Of a stretch of DNA of 64,000 nt, positions 13,882 to 26,639 are shown in pieces. The stretch covers positions 98,580,001-98,644,000 of the forward strand of contig NC_043001.1 in assembly GCF_006345805.1 (NCBI RefSeq). Reading direction: 5' to 3'. The notes under the pieces were generated by a model. It had not been told where the DNA came from, did no database searches, and saw nothing but the letters and a program-made list of their open reading frames with translations. This DNA comes from Octopus sinensis. Its lineage: Eukaryota. The position numbers were made by a program, and so were the translations under genes. The stretch's first letter is position 1. The number at the start of each line of letters is the position of its first letter.

Positions 13882-14083
13882 TGTTGGAAAAATAATTTAA
13901 TGAAGCAGGGTGTAAGAAAGTGTTTACTCAATGCATTACTATTACTGCTACATGAGGTTAAACGCTCTCTGCCAATGGCTCACAGTGAACTACTTACAAT
14001 CAATTGCTGACAATTCTTTATTTTGTAGCAATGTGTCAGTCCACTTTTAGCCACTTGAAGGGGGTCAGAATTCTTCCGCAACA
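13882..14083 (-). repeat. Putative 5' LTR of the Gypsy element
   Basis: Begins TGTTG and ends CAACA on the minus strand, immediately upstream of gag. No second LTR seen. Confidence 0.6.
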
Positions 14084-14577
14084 ATACCCATTACAAAAAG
14101 CTTTGCCATAAGTCATTTGTATGACACACAATTAAAAGTTTTGGTACACCAATATAAATGTCACTGGTGTTCTCCATTCTCAATCTTCTGTGAAAGCATG
14201 TCCATTTGTGGGGAAATATTACCTTACTTGGAAGCAGGTGAGAGTTGATGACAGGAAGAGTATCCACCTGTAGATTAATTATGATTTCTACATCCATTGA
14301 GGATGCATACCTTAGTTTTCTTACTTCTCTTTCTTCTCATTCCAGTTTTTGCATCTATCTTCTTCACAGTTTTCTTCTCATTTTTTCTCATGTTATCACA
14401 TAGACCAATATCCTGGTTCTCAAATACACCTAATGGCATACACTGAACCTGAAAGATTTCCTTGGTGACATATAGCATATCATATAAATCTGCCAAATTA
14501 TTGTATCTCTACAGCATGAAACTATTAGTAGGTCTTTTTTAAATTCTGTATACATACATATATACACACATACATAT

Positions 14578-14808
14578 ATATATTAAAAATGGGGAATGCC
14601 AGTTTATGGGATTACCTTAGGTTTCCTGTCCATAAAGGGTTTAATTTTATGACTTATCCTCAAATCTCAAAAATCTGTTGGCCCATGACCTCTTAAAAAT
14701 GGGCCAACAGGTTTTGGGATCTGATGATACACCATAAAGCTAAACCCTTTATGGATAGGAAACCTAAGGTAATTCTATCAACTGACCTTCCCTATTTTTA
14801 ATATATAC
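14578..14808. repeat. Fold-back element in (TA)n
   Basis: Arms mirror around about 14690 (CTGTTGGCCCAT / ATGGGCCAACAG; TTACCTTAGGTTTCC / GGAAACCTAAGGTAA). Confidence 0.88.
14716..14776 (+). ncRNA. Type I hammerhead ribozyme motif
   Basis: Stem I GGGAT/ATTCT, core CTGATGA, stem II CCATAAAG/CTTTATGG, GAAA, near-palindromic stem III ACCTAAGGT, GUA cleavage triplet. Confidence 0.72.
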
Positions 14809-14895
14809 TGCTTTACATCTAAAGGTGTGCTTCTTTCGGATTTGTTTACTAAAAATTATATATATATATATATATAGATATATATATATATATAT

Positions 14896-15255
14896 TCTTT
14901 TATTTGTTTCAGTCATTTGACTGCAGCCGTGCTGGAGCACCACCTTTAGTCGAACAAATCGACCCCAGAACTTATTCTTTGTAAGCCTAGTACATATTCT
15001 ATCGGATTCTTTTGGTAAACTGCTAAGTTACGGGGGATGTAAACACACCAACATCAGTTGTCAAGCGATGGTGGGGGACAAACAAAGACACACAAATACA
15101 TACATACATATATATATACACACACACACAATGGGTTTCTTTCAGTTTCCGTCTGCCAAATCCACTCACAAGGCTTTGGTCGACCCGAGGCTATAGTAGA
15201 GTAGAAAACACTTGCCCAAAGTGTCATGCAGTGGGACTGAACCTGGAATCATGTG
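14896..15255 (-). mobile_element. SINE family B (tRNA-like head, CTTGGGCAAG core)
   Basis: Reverse complement of 47280-47693. Confidence 0.85.
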
Positions 15256-15261
15256 TGTGAA

Positions 15262-15903
15262 AGGGAGATGACTGCGCTGGTATGGTCATGTGATGCATGT
15301 GGACAAGGACAGCTGTGTGAAGAAGTGTCACACTCTAACAGTGGAGGGAAACTGTGGAAGAGGTAGACCCAGGAAGACTTGGAACAAGCTGGTGAAGCAC
15401 GACCTCCGAATGTTGGGCCTCATGGAGGTAATGACAAGCAAGCGAGATCTTTGGCAATATGCTGTGCTTAAGAAGGCCTGTCAAGCCAAGTGAGATCATA
15501 GATGTAGCTGATACCAGTGTCATGCCACTGGTCCATTAAAAGCATCCTTCAAACATTGGGCAATATGCTGTGCTGATCATAATCATGGCTGATGCCAGTA
15601 CCGTCTGACTGGCACATAAAAAGCACCATTCGAGTATTGGGCCTCATAGAGGCAATGACAGGTGACTGAGACCTTTGGCAATATACTATGCTGTATAGAC
15701 CTGTCAAGCTAAGTGAGACCATAGTTGTGGCCAATATTGGTGTCAGGTCAATGGCACCCATGCTGGTGACACGTAAAAAATACCCACTACACTCTCAGAG
15801 TGGTTGGCATTAGGAAGGGCATCTAGCCATAGAAACCTTGTCAAATCAGATTGGAACCTGGTGCAGCTTACCAGTTTCAGTCAAACCATCCAATCCATTC
15901 CAG
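15262..15903 (+). mobile_element. RTE LINE 3' end
   Basis: ORF 15290 DSCVKKCHTLTVEGNCGRGRPRKTW plus a decayed 3' UTR. Confidence 0.85.
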
Positions 15904-16106
15904 CAGGCGATGCTGAAAAGTTCCTAGTTTTAAGGGTATCACAAAAGGCCCAACTTTCTGAGTTCTTTTACAATGCTTAGAAAAACTGAAGGACCGCTGC
16001 AATAAGTGTGTGAATCTGAGAAGGGAATATGTTGAATAAAATCATAATGAACTGATCCTCCTGTATTTTCTTTTACCCAAGGCCAGGAACTTTTCAGCAC
16101 CCCTTT
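15904..16106 (+). mobile_element. Short non-autonomous mariner derivative
   Basis: Inverted termini GCTGAAAAGTTCCT / AGGAACTTTTCAGC. Internal RCNKCVNLRREYVE* is a typical mariner C-terminus. Confidence 0.7.
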
Positions 16107-17154
16107 GTATATGATAAATGAAAGGTGACACTCAACACATTTGGTAGGAGTCACATTATTATTTAATAACTGCTTGACTTGAGTCCCTGCAACTCAAAGT
16201 TTCATGAACTCATACAACAAACATAGCTCATCAGACATTTGGAGGTCAAGTAACAGGAAATGAGACAAATATATAATATATTAAAAAAAGATGACATAAC
16301 TTCAAATTTTCACCAAAAGTGGCTCACCAAACTGACTTTGATGAGCCAGCATTGGCAAAACTTCAAAGTCACAATTCAATTTCTATTGAGTTCTTTGTTT
16401 AATTAATGTCCAAAAATTTATTTTTATATAATTAAAAACACTTATATTATTAATTATGTATGTGTACATGCAAGTACATGTATGCAAGCATGTAATTATG
16501 TATGTGTTTGTATGTTTGTATGTATGTATGTGTTTGTATGTTTGTATGTATGTATGTATGTATGAATAAATGATGTATGTATATGTTTGCTTGAATCAGT
16601 TATCAAGTCTCTCATTAAAGGCTCACTTAATCATAATAGTAGATAACAAGCTTGTAAGACTTATGTATGCGTGTGCATGTTGGGGCTATATATATATATA
16701 TATATATATAAAGAGACAGTCAGTCAGATAGATTTGTGAAAGAGACAGAGACACTCCAACGTAATGCTTGTTTGTATTACACTGCACTTCATTGCAATGC
16801 GATTGTACAATTTTGTTGATCTTATGGCAAGTTATTATTATCCTTATTATTATTGTTGTTGTTGTTGTTGGCACATGAAAATTGATTTGTCGTCTCTTCC
16901 ATCTATTTATTCGTTTAGGTCGTTAGTATGATTTTTCTTTTTTTTTTTGTATTTTCCTAATTTACTTTTTGCACTTGTTTTTGAATCACATTGATTTATC
17001 GATTGATTTTGCAATGCTTTTATAGGAAGAGACTGCTCATCAATAAACCTACTTTCTTTTAATAAATATAGAAGCAGCAGTAGTATCCACAGCAGCAGCA
17101 GCAATAGCTGTAGTAGTGGTGGTAGTGGTAGTAGTAGTAGTAGTAGTGGTAGTG

Positions 17155-17188
<34 letters not shown>

Positions 17189-17944
17189 AAGTAGTAGTAG
17201 CAGCAGTATATTTTTCCATTAAGGTTTTTCAAATGTTAGGTAATTTATCAGACACGTAACAATACATGCATACACACACACATACACATACACACACACA
17301 AACACATATACAAATCTATATGCAGATACATATCCACAATTCTAAACATACATAAAAAAAAACTATATACACAAACACACATACAAGAAAACTCCATTCT
17401 AACTGATTAACAAAGCTTATTGTTTGTTGTTATATAACAAATAGGTATGTGTATACACACACACACGCACACATCAATGGCAGCAGCAGCATTTAATGTC
17501 CACTTTTTCATGCTTGCATGAGTCAGATAGAATTTGTTGATGCAGATTTACTGCAGCTGGATGTCTTTCCTGTTGCCAACCCTCACTTGTATGGTGATAT
17601 TTTCCCATAACTAGACAGGGCTTTTTTCAAAGAAAACTGGAAATGAACAATCTTGCTTGTACGACAATGATGCTCATTTACAGCCATCGTGTGATGTACA
17701 CACAAATACCTATACACACATACATACATACATACATATGATGGGCTTCTTTCATCTTCCATCTACCAAATCCACTTACAAGGCTTGGTCAGCCAAGGGC
17801 TATAGTAGAAGACACTTGTCCGTGATGCTGCACAATGGGACTGAATCCAAGACCACATAGACAGGAAGCAAGCTTCTTACCCACATAGCCTCACCTATAT
17901 ATCATATATTATATATATGTGTACATTAAAATATACATATGTAT

Positions 17945-18215
17945 TTATCATCATCATCATCATCATCGTTTAACATCTGCTTTCCATACTAGCACGGGTT
18001 GGACAATTTGACTGAGGTCTGGCGAACCAGATGTCTGCACCAGACTTCAATCTGATCTGGCAGAGTTTCTACAGCTGGATGCCCTTCCTAACACCAACCA
18101 CTCCAAGAGTGTAGTGGGTGCTTTTACGTGCCACATGCACAGTAGCTAGTCCAGCGGCACTGGCAACGACCTTGCTTGAATGTTTCTTTACATGCCACCA
18201 GCACAAGTGCTGGTA
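17945..18215 (-). mobile_element. RTE LINE 3' UTR fragment
   Basis: CATCATCGTTTAAC...CAGCTGGATGCCCTTCC, same family as 4764-5951. Confidence 0.8.
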
Positions 18216-18274
18216 GGAAACGCAGGTATTTATATATATATATATTAAAATATACATATGTATTTATATATATA

Positions 18275-18472
18275 GTTAATCCAAACGTGAAGAGAAAACA
18301 CAACAACGCGTGGACGTGGAACAAGTATAGTGTTATTGGACACTCAGGAAAGGAAAGAAAGAAGGAGGATTTAATGTTTTGAGCGGAACTCTTCGTCAGA
18401 AACATAGAAAAAGGAAAGGTCCAAGGAAGGGAAGACGGAGAAAGAAAATCACCAATGAAACACACGTGGTCA
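18275..18472 (-). repeat. Short (TA)n-embedded repeat with a decayed hammerhead core
   Basis: Minus strand CTGACGA-AGAG-TTCCG-CTC-AAAAC (GAAA mutated) at about 18371-18407. Related fragment at 30150-30250. Confidence 0.55.
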
Positions 18473-18647
18473 CATATATATATATATTAAAATATACATA
18501 AGTATTTATATATATATATTCATAAAACATACTATATATGCATTCATATATGTATATATATATATATATATGTACTGTTAGTAATAAAATAGAAGTATTA
18601 TTTCTAAATCTCTCCTCCAGGACAGCCACATTATATGTATATATCCT

Positions 18648-19782
18648 CATCATCGTTTAATATCTGCTTTCCATGCTAGCATGGGTTGGACGATTTGACT
18701 GAGGACTGGCGAACCAGATGGCTGCACCAGGCTCCAATCTTGATCTGGCAGAGTTTCTACAGCTGGATGCCCTTCCTAATGCCAACCACTCCGAGAGTGT
18801 AGTGGTTGCATTTACGTGCCATCAGCATGTGGGCCAGTCAGGTGGTACTGGCAATGGCCATGCTCAAATGGTGTTTTTTATTGCCACCTGCACAGGAGCC
18901 AGTCCAGCAGCACTGGCAATGACCTCACTTGAATGATTTTTTCACGTGCCACCGGTACAAGTGCCAATAAGGCGACACTGGTAACGCTCGAATGGTGCTT
19001 TTTACATGCCACCAGCATGGAAGCCAGTTAGCCGCTCTGGCAACGATCATGCTCGGATGGTGCTCTTAGCACTCCACTAGCACAGATGCCAGTCATTAAA
19101 TTTTATTTCGATTTCACTTGCCTCAACAGGTCTTCACAAGCAGAGTTTAGTGTCCAATGAAGGAAAGGTATGCATAAGTGGGCTGGTTACACCCCTGGCA
19201 TAGGCCACAAGGTTATGGTCTCATTTGGCTTGCCGGGTCTTCTCAAGCACAGCATATTTCCAAAAGACTCGGTCACTAGTCATTGCCACAGGTTCCCTCA
19301 GCCGCTAGGGTGTGGCACTTTTTCACACAGCTATCCTCATCCATTCTCGCCACATGACCATACCAGCGCAGTCGTCTGTCTTGCACACCACATCTGATGC
19401 TTCTTGGGTCCAACTTTTCTCTCAAGGTACTTTCACTCTGTCAAGTATGCACACTGACATTACACATCCATCGGATCATACTGGCTTCATTCCTTGTGAG
19501 CTTACGCATGTCCTCAGCAGTCACAACCCATGTTTCACTGCCATGTAGCTTGGCTGTTCGTACACATGCGTCATACAGTTTACCTTTTACTCTGAGCAAG
19601 AGGCCCTTTGTCACCAGCAGAGGTAAGAGCTCTCTGAACTTTGCCCAGGCTATTCTTATTCTAGCAGCTACACTTTCAGCACACCCTCCCCCGCTACTGA
19701 CTTGGTCACCTAGGCAATGGAACTTATCAACTACTTCTAGTTTTTCTCCCTGAAATGTGGCGGAAGTTGTTCTCTGCATATT
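18648..19782 (-). mobile_element. 5'-truncated RTE LINE with internal deletion
   Basis: ORF 19441-19779 GEKLEVVDKFHCLGD...ARIRIAWAKFRELLPLL, plus 3' UTR repeats. Confidence 0.9.
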
Positions 19783-19903
19783 TGTATGTATATAAGTAAA
19801 TATTTACATATATCATTAATATGATTTAAAATCTATTTTCCATGCTGGCATGGGTATATATATATATATATATATACTTTATTTAAAGTAGCAGAAAATT
19901 CAA

Positions 19904-19953
19904 CAAAATCTGTTACTCTGAGTTTCTCGTTGCCGTTCATCAGACAGTTTTTG
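19904..19953 (-). ncRNA. Minimal type I hammerhead ribozyme motif
   Basis: Minus strand CAAAAACTGT-CTGATGA-ACGGCAACGA-GAAA-CTCAGAG-TA-ACAGATTTTG: stem I pairs 9 of 10, stem III CTC/GAG, GUA site, weak stem II. Confidence 0.72.
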
Positions 19954-19979
19954 TTAGAATGGAACCGATATATCAATTC

Positions 19980-20034
<55 letters not shown>

Positions 20035-22132
20035 CATATCTTGGCACTATGGACTGAAAGGAGGGAACATCAGTCTGATGAAGCCAATTGTCCGTAGGTA
20101 CCAGCAGTAAGGTTAGTTTACATTAGGTGTGGTTAATATCAACAATTACATTACAAAAGACTGAAGTAAAATACAGTAGTGCTTTTAATCAAGCACACTA
20201 TCCAACCTGACAGTGAAAAATAAATGTATACTGTAAATATACACTATAATACAGTAAATTCAACATTTTTAATTTAAAACCATGGATGGTGAAGAGGTGT
20301 TGATATGCCATGATTTTATCTGCTGCTTCCAAAATCCGTTAAAAGGAGGTCCATAGTATCAAGGTATGAGTATATATATATGCGTGTGTGTGTGTGTGTG
20401 CACACACATACATAGAACAAAAGGATAGAAAGGTACACAACAGGTATCAACTCAGATTATTCAGATTATGATATAATCTATACGACATATATAGAAAGCA
20501 AATGCATAAAGGAGTATAAATATCAAGAGATTAGTAAAAGTTCCACTATGGGAAGTTCTTAGTTTGGTAGGGAGAAGAAATATATCGCTGGTAAAAATCT
20601 TGTAAGTGAAAGAGAAGAAAAAAGCTGGGCATATTTTCACTGACAGCTGTTTCAAGAATATTTGCATATTGGGAAAAAATGTAGATTTCTGCATGTTGTC
20701 TACATCCAAAAATATTGTAGTACCCTATTTTGTCAGGCAGTTGGATGCCTGACAAGGAATTTTGTCTATGTTAGCAAACAGCTGCTTGTCTGTTTTTGTA
20801 TACTACAATGCACAAATTATGAATAAAATACCATGCCACTAAAACATATGTAGCATGGATTGAACTACTATTGCTCAATCATCTCCTTTATTATATATTT
20901 ATGTTGGGTGTGTGAGTGTATAAAATACTGAAATTCAAATTCTGTTTCTCTGTATGTGTATTCATTGTTTTTCGATGAAACTACACACTGTAACAATAAA
21001 ATGACTCAACATTTCTTCTTCTAAACATAATTCCTTATGGCTACAAAAAATTTAAGGGAACCTGATATAAGCCTCAACACAAAAGAATTTTGCTCATTAT
21101 TATATTAATACTTTCCAAAAATTTTTACCATATATGAATAAAAAAACAAAATGAATACTCTAGTAGTACTAACACATCCACATACACATTTACATATAAG
21201 CACACATGCGCATACACACATATCCATACACCCACACAAACACACACACACATACAACAGTGATATTGACAGACTTTCTCAATAAAAAGAGGAAGAGAAT
21301 TAAAATCAGTACAGACAGCTTTCAAGTGCTGTATGATATCACACAAATTGCACCAGTTAAGTAATGGCAAGAAAAATAAACACATCAGCTAAATGAAAAC
21401 ATGAAGTTGATAACATCCTGCAGATTGGTGGAAAAATCTTCAAGAGACACTCACTTCATGATGACTTCCCATATGAATCCAGATGTGTGGGACAAATGTA
21501 TCTCAGCAAAAAACTGGAAGAACACTTTGCATAACACAAAAAGGTTATGCATAGATATATTTTCAGTAAACTTGTAGAGGATAATATTAACATGAAGTGT
21601 TGCCCTTTTTGAATTTGTGACCATTAAATCATGTCACATCTCAATCCAAGAATAGTAAATAACTCAAAAATACCTAAAATACAAATGGAACAATAAGGCC
21701 CTTAAACTTTCAAGATGCAACCACAAAATATCCTATCTTTATGATTCTGGGAAAGTTGTTCACATCTGCAAAGTAGCTAATCTCTATGATAAAACATGAT
21801 TTTTTTTTTCAGTTCCAAATAACTATATCAGGCTTGTTATGCTTGCATTTAATTAATGGTTTGATGGGAATGTTCCATTAATATTTCTTTTGTTGCTATG
21901 TATAGATTCAATGGTAGAGGTGTTGTTTATATTTATCCAAAAGCAGTCTTTTCAGATGGCATTGTATACTGTTTTAGCAACAACACCATGCCACAATGGT
22001 AGCATCTCAATGACAATTTCTAGCAGCTGCTGGTAACATGTTATGTCATTCATAGAATTAATAATGATAGAGTAATGACTGAAGTGAGCAGGGAGGGGAG
22101 GAGGGCACTATGTATGTATGTATGTATGTATG

Positions 22133-22605
22133 TCAGGTCACTTTCGAGTGCTACTGGTAACATGTAACCCAGTACAACCTGTTGCATGGTCAGGTCGTCA
22201 GCGACTAACCCGACAACCCCACCTTGGTGAGGAGGGTGTTTATTGGACACCCTGTGGGATGAAAAACAAAACCCATCAAAGGGCAGAGGAACTCTTGAGA
22301 GTCAACGGATATCCAATAAATGTCTTAAGGCTGTATCATGCACGGGGACATAGAAATAATCGGACTGAATACCTGATTGCGCGGTTAAACCATTGGGAGT
22401 GAAGGACTCCTAGCCTTTGTTAGGGCATCCTTCTAGGAGAAGGTAACTCAGGTAACTGGGATAACTCTGACATAAAACCTGCGGCTCAGTGGTTACCGAT
22501 GATGTTGACTTGTTCTTCTTTTCGGATTATGGCAGCTGTTGCTTAGTGAGTAGGATTGACTCAGTGCACAGCCTTTCCTCGCTTTAATAAAAAATCTTCT
22601 TGCAC
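22133..22605 (+). repeat. Unclassified interspersed repeat (LINE 5' UTR- or SINE-like)
   Basis: GC-richer block starting GTCAGGTCACTT..GAGTGCTACT, with a related start at about 57973. Confidence 0.45.
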
Positions 22606-22754
22606 AGGTATTGCACGATAACAACATTGATTAAGCTTCATGCAATGGCAATACACGATAACGGGGGGGGGGGGGGGGGCAGCCACCATGTATGTATATA
22701 TGTATGTATGTATGCATGTATGTATGTATGCATGCATGTATGTATGCATGTATT

Positions 22755-23085
22755 ATTTTATTCTTTTACTTGTTTCAATCATTAAACTATGGCCATCAGG
22801 GCACAGCCTTGAATTTTTAGTCAAATGAATCAACCCCAGTACTTACTTTTAAGCCTAGTACTTATTCTGTTGATCTTTTTTGCTGAACCACTAAGTTACA
22901 GGGAAGCAAACACAGCAACAATAGTTCCCAGGTGGTGGTGGGGGACAACAAACATAACACAAAGACACGCATATATAGATATACACACACATATATATGT
23001 GACAGGTTTCTTTCAGTTTCTGTGTCCAAATGCACTCACAAAGCTTTGGTCAACCCAAGCTTACAGTAGAAGACACTTACCTAAG
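22755..23085 (-). mobile_element. SINE family B, decayed
   Basis: Similar to the reverse complement of 47280-47693. Confidence 0.7.
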
Positions 23086-23131
23086 GTATATATATAAACA
23101 GACACAGATAGTTTGATAGATAGATAGATAT

Positions 23132-23205
<74 letters not shown>

Positions 23206-23901
23206 GAAAGAGAGAGAGGAAGTAAATTCTAGATAACTTTATTTGGTCAGCCGGAACCAAAACTGGTTGAAACTATTTGTCATCAGCTGGATTTACAGCT
23301 AACAAATAGATTCAACAAATTTGAATCCGGTTTATGTATATATATATATATATAGGTGTGGGTGTGGCACTGGTACAGGCATAGTCATATGGTAAGAAGA
23401 TTGCATCTGGGTTCAGTCCCTCTGTGGGTCACATTGCACAAGTGTCTCCTACTATAGCCTTGGGTCAACCTAACCTGTGTAAGTGGATTTTGGCAGATGG
23501 AAACTGAAAGAAGCCCATCATGTATATACATATATATATAAATATATATATACCCATAAACATACATATACACACACATACACATGTGTGCACACACACA
23601 CACACATACACATACAAAAATTTGTCACAATATATGGATTCAACTAATCCAGCAGTACTCATAAAAAAGCTCCTCAATGTATCATTCTACAAAACATATA
23701 AAATATATAGTATGACACAAGTGAAAATCATGAAGAGTGCAAGAAATTATAAATAATGAAAGAAATATACTATGATAAAATTTATTTAACCATTGGAAAT
23801 TCTTATTTAATGACAATTGTTTTACGGCTTAATAAACATTTATAGATTAATTTATTCTATATTTTATAATAAGTAATGAATTACTTATATATCTGTATTA
23901 A

Positions 23902-24021
23902 TATATATACATTCTTTAGATTAATGTAGATATTAAGCTAGCTCTTCAGATTAAAAGAAATCCATGTTTAACCTGAAGAGTTAGCTTAACATCTACATTA
24001 ATTTAAAGATTGTATATATAT
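23902..24021. repeat. Short fold-back in (TA)n
   Basis: TTAATGTAGATATTAAGCTAGCTCTTCAG mirrored by CTGAAGAGTTAGCTTAACATCTACATTAA. Confidence 0.85.
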
Positions 24022-24025
24022 TAAA

Positions 24026-24342
24026 GACTCCGCCGGTTACGACGACGAGGGTCCCAGCTGATACGATCAACGGAACAGCTTGCTCGTGAAATTAACGTGC
24101 AAATGGCTGAGCATTCCACAGACACGTGTACCCTTAACATAGTTCTCGGGGATAATCAGCGTGACACAGAGAGTGACAAGGCTGACCCTTTGAAATACAA
24201 GTACAACTCATTTTTGCCAGCTGAGTGGACTGGAGCAACGTGAAATAAAGTGTCTTGCTCAAGGACACAACGCGTCGCCGGGAATCGAACTCACAACCTT
24301 ACGATCATGAGCCGAATGCCCTAACCACTAAGCCACGCGCCC
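24026..24342 (-). mobile_element. tRNA-derived SINE family C
   Basis: Minus strand GGCGCGTGGCTTAGTGGTTAG (A box), GAGTTCGATTCCC (B box), CCTTGAGCAAG core. Decayed copies at about 49535-49680 and 59320-59465. Confidence 0.85.
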
Positions 24343-24577
24343 TCACTGTATATATGTATATATATATATATCAATGCAGGCATGTAAGTAATTTATTACT
24401 TATTATAAAATATAATATAATAAATTATCCATACATATTTATTAAGCTGCAAAACAATTGTCGTTAAATAAGAATTTCCAATGATTAAATAAATTTTATC
24501 ATAGTATATTTCATTATTTATAATTATATATATATATGTAAACAAAGCAAAAAAAAATGGAACAAGAATGTAACACA

Positions 24578-25320
24578 CAACAACAAAACATCCAGACAGT
24601 TAGATGATACAAAGAAGGACATGAAAAAACAAGGATGGGTCATTCAGAGCCTTCTATCAACAGTCGAATTCCAGATCATCCCTGCAGTTTCAGCCAGTTA
24701 CACTTGAGACTGCTCCAATCAGCCAGCCCCAAGGAAATCTAAGCTAAGAGCACTAAGTTCTTTGGAACAAAACAAGCAAATGTATACGAAAAAACGGAGA
24801 AATTTTACTCAATTACAAATACAAACAACAAGAAAATAACGACAGGTGTCTTTTGACTAAAGACGAATTAAATTAAGTTGGCATGAGTGGAGTGAAGCCT
24901 TACAGCAGGAACACAAGAGATGAAAGACACGAGAAGGAATATAAGAGATGCTACATGGATGGAAGTTGAACCAAGAATGAAAGGTCAGGCTTGGCAGAAC
25001 ACCAGTCACATGAAAAGAGAGGAGTGAGGTAGGAGGCAGAGGGATTGAAGAATTAGGGAGGGACAGGAAAGAAAGGAAAGGTAAGGAAAGGGATATGAAG
25101 AAAGGTACAAGAGAGGTAAAAGATTATTCCAAAGAAAATAATGCTCTTAGCTTAGATTTTCTTGGGGCCAGCCAGACTGGAGCAGTCTTGAGTGCAACTG
25201 GCCAAAACTGCAGGGATGATCTATGACTCAAATGATGACAGAGGGCCCCGAATGATCCGTCCTTGCTTTTTTCCTGTCCTTCTTTGTATCATCGAACTGT
25301 CTGGATGTTTTGTTGTTGTC
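24578..25320. repeat. Fold-back element with about 190-bp arms and a purine-rich spacer
   Basis: 24580-24766 is the reverse complement of 25127-25319. Confidence 0.85.
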
Positions 25321-25974
25321 TGTTACAGTCTTGTTCTATTTTTTGTCTGCAACAGCTGTGGGTGAGGCAGAGGTCACTCAGGTTGAGAGGCAGGAGTCTC
25401 AGAACCTGTGGCTACATATGGAGGATTACTTTGTATTTACATCAAGGGATAAGAGGAAAGCCAAAATCCTGTACTCCCAGTATGTCATGTACCAGCCCGA
25501 GGAGACCACCAACAAAGGACAAGCAGTAAGCCTCTACAACTTGAAGTCACATGTCAAGAGGAAACACCCAGTGCATGCCATCTAGTTTGAGGAGATAATC
25601 AAGGCTGGCTCTTCCCAAGGGAAACACAGGCAATCTTCTGGTAGCAGTGCCAGTAGCCAGTTGTTGCAGCCATGTGCAAAGAAAGCACACCAGCCCAGCA
25701 TTGTTGAAGCATTTGCCCAAACTGCTGGCGTCTGCCAGTCTATGATAGACAGAAGGATTGTAGACCTGTTTGTTGACAACATGCTACCACTGCATGTGGT
25801 GAAGTTCTCCACCTTGGTCAGCCTGATCAAGACACTGAACCCCAGGAAGACATTGATGCTCCACAGCACTCTGGGCAGAGTGATTATGGCCAGCCATAAA
25901 CAGTTGGAGGAGTATCTTTCAAAGTATTTATGAATTAAAATTATACAAGATTATTAAATTATTATTATGGTGTA

Positions 25975-26208
25975 CAGTAATCCCTCAACTATTAGGAGTG
26001 TTATGTTCCAAAATCTCCCACAGAAATAATTAAAATCCCAAAAATATAAATACCTATCAACTGCAGAAACCTGGATATAATGAGGAGTCTGCAATATAAA
26101 TTTACATATATTAGCAAGAAAAATCCGCAATGTACTGAGAGCACAATAGGTAAACTATGATGTACTGAGTGCGCGATAGGTGAACTGCGATATGGTGAGG
26201 GATTAATG
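25975..26208. mobile_element. Tc1/mariner-type (pogo/Tigger-like) MITE
   Basis: TA|CAGTAATCCCTC ... GAGGGATTAATG|TA inverted termini. Confidence 0.75.
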
Positions 26209-26330
26209 TATTTCATATTTTCTTAATTTAATTTAATTATTTATTAAATAATTATTTTCTTAATTAATGTAATAAAATGTATAATAGCTAACTGTAATAA
26301 ATGTTATAATATATGGTATATATATATATA

Positions 26331-26639
26331 TCACCGTGACTGACCAGGCTATCAGATGTTGCTACACATCGCTGGTCACAATGCACTTTGCATTGATTTA
26401 GCCTTCAAATGACATCACCCCGCTGGCTAAGCGAGCAGGCCAACAGAAGAAAGAGTGAGAGAAAGTTGTGGCAAAAGAGTACAGCAGGGATCGCCACCAG
26501 CCCCTGCCGGAGCCGCGTGGAGCCTTAGGTGTTTTCGCTCAATAAACACATAAACACTCACAACGATCAGTCTGGGAATTGAAACCGTGATCCTACAACC
26601 GCAAGTCCACTGCCCTAACCACTGGGCCATTGTGACTCC
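26331..26639 (-). mobile_element. tRNA-derived SINE family D
   Basis: Minus strand TGGCCCAGTGGTTAGGGC (A box) and GGTTTCAATTCCC (B box), then a non-tRNA body. Flanked by microsatellites. Confidence 0.8.

Larger units (their letters stand above)
10933..14083 (-). mobile_element. Decayed Gypsy (K02A2.6-like) LTR retrotransposon, 3'-truncated
   Basis: Gag-like ORF 13559-13867, CCHC knuckle at about 13000-13070 (CYGCGGLHFKSNC), protease LQLDTGSD at about 12810-12830, RT (YSQWASPTVYVKK, FSKLDLSDAY, YKYNRLPFG), RNase H 11350-11650, integrase zinc-binding region at about 11050-11120. Many stops and frameshifts. Confidence 0.9.

Noticed and set aside
14311-14448. Minus-strand exon-like segment VQCMPLG...KKTK with AG/GT ends
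   Set aside because: Its open frame is phase 0, incompatible with the phase-1 CYTH junction, and I recognise no homology. It could still be a UTR exon.
20050-20110. CTGATGA near a GACTGA/TCAGTC hairpin
   Set aside because: No downstream GAAA or stem III, so it cannot be folded as a hammerhead.
20200-21600. Unique-looking stretch, possibly an old transposase (also 43000-43800)
   Set aside because: No motif I can identify with confidence and no sustained reading frame.
23902-24021. CTGAAGA in a short fold-back as a ribozyme
   Set aside because: The GAAA half of the core is missing.
24270-24342. tRNA-like sequences (also 26570-26639 and SINE B heads)
   Set aside because: A and B boxes are present, but there is no proper acceptor stem and they continue into SINE bodies.
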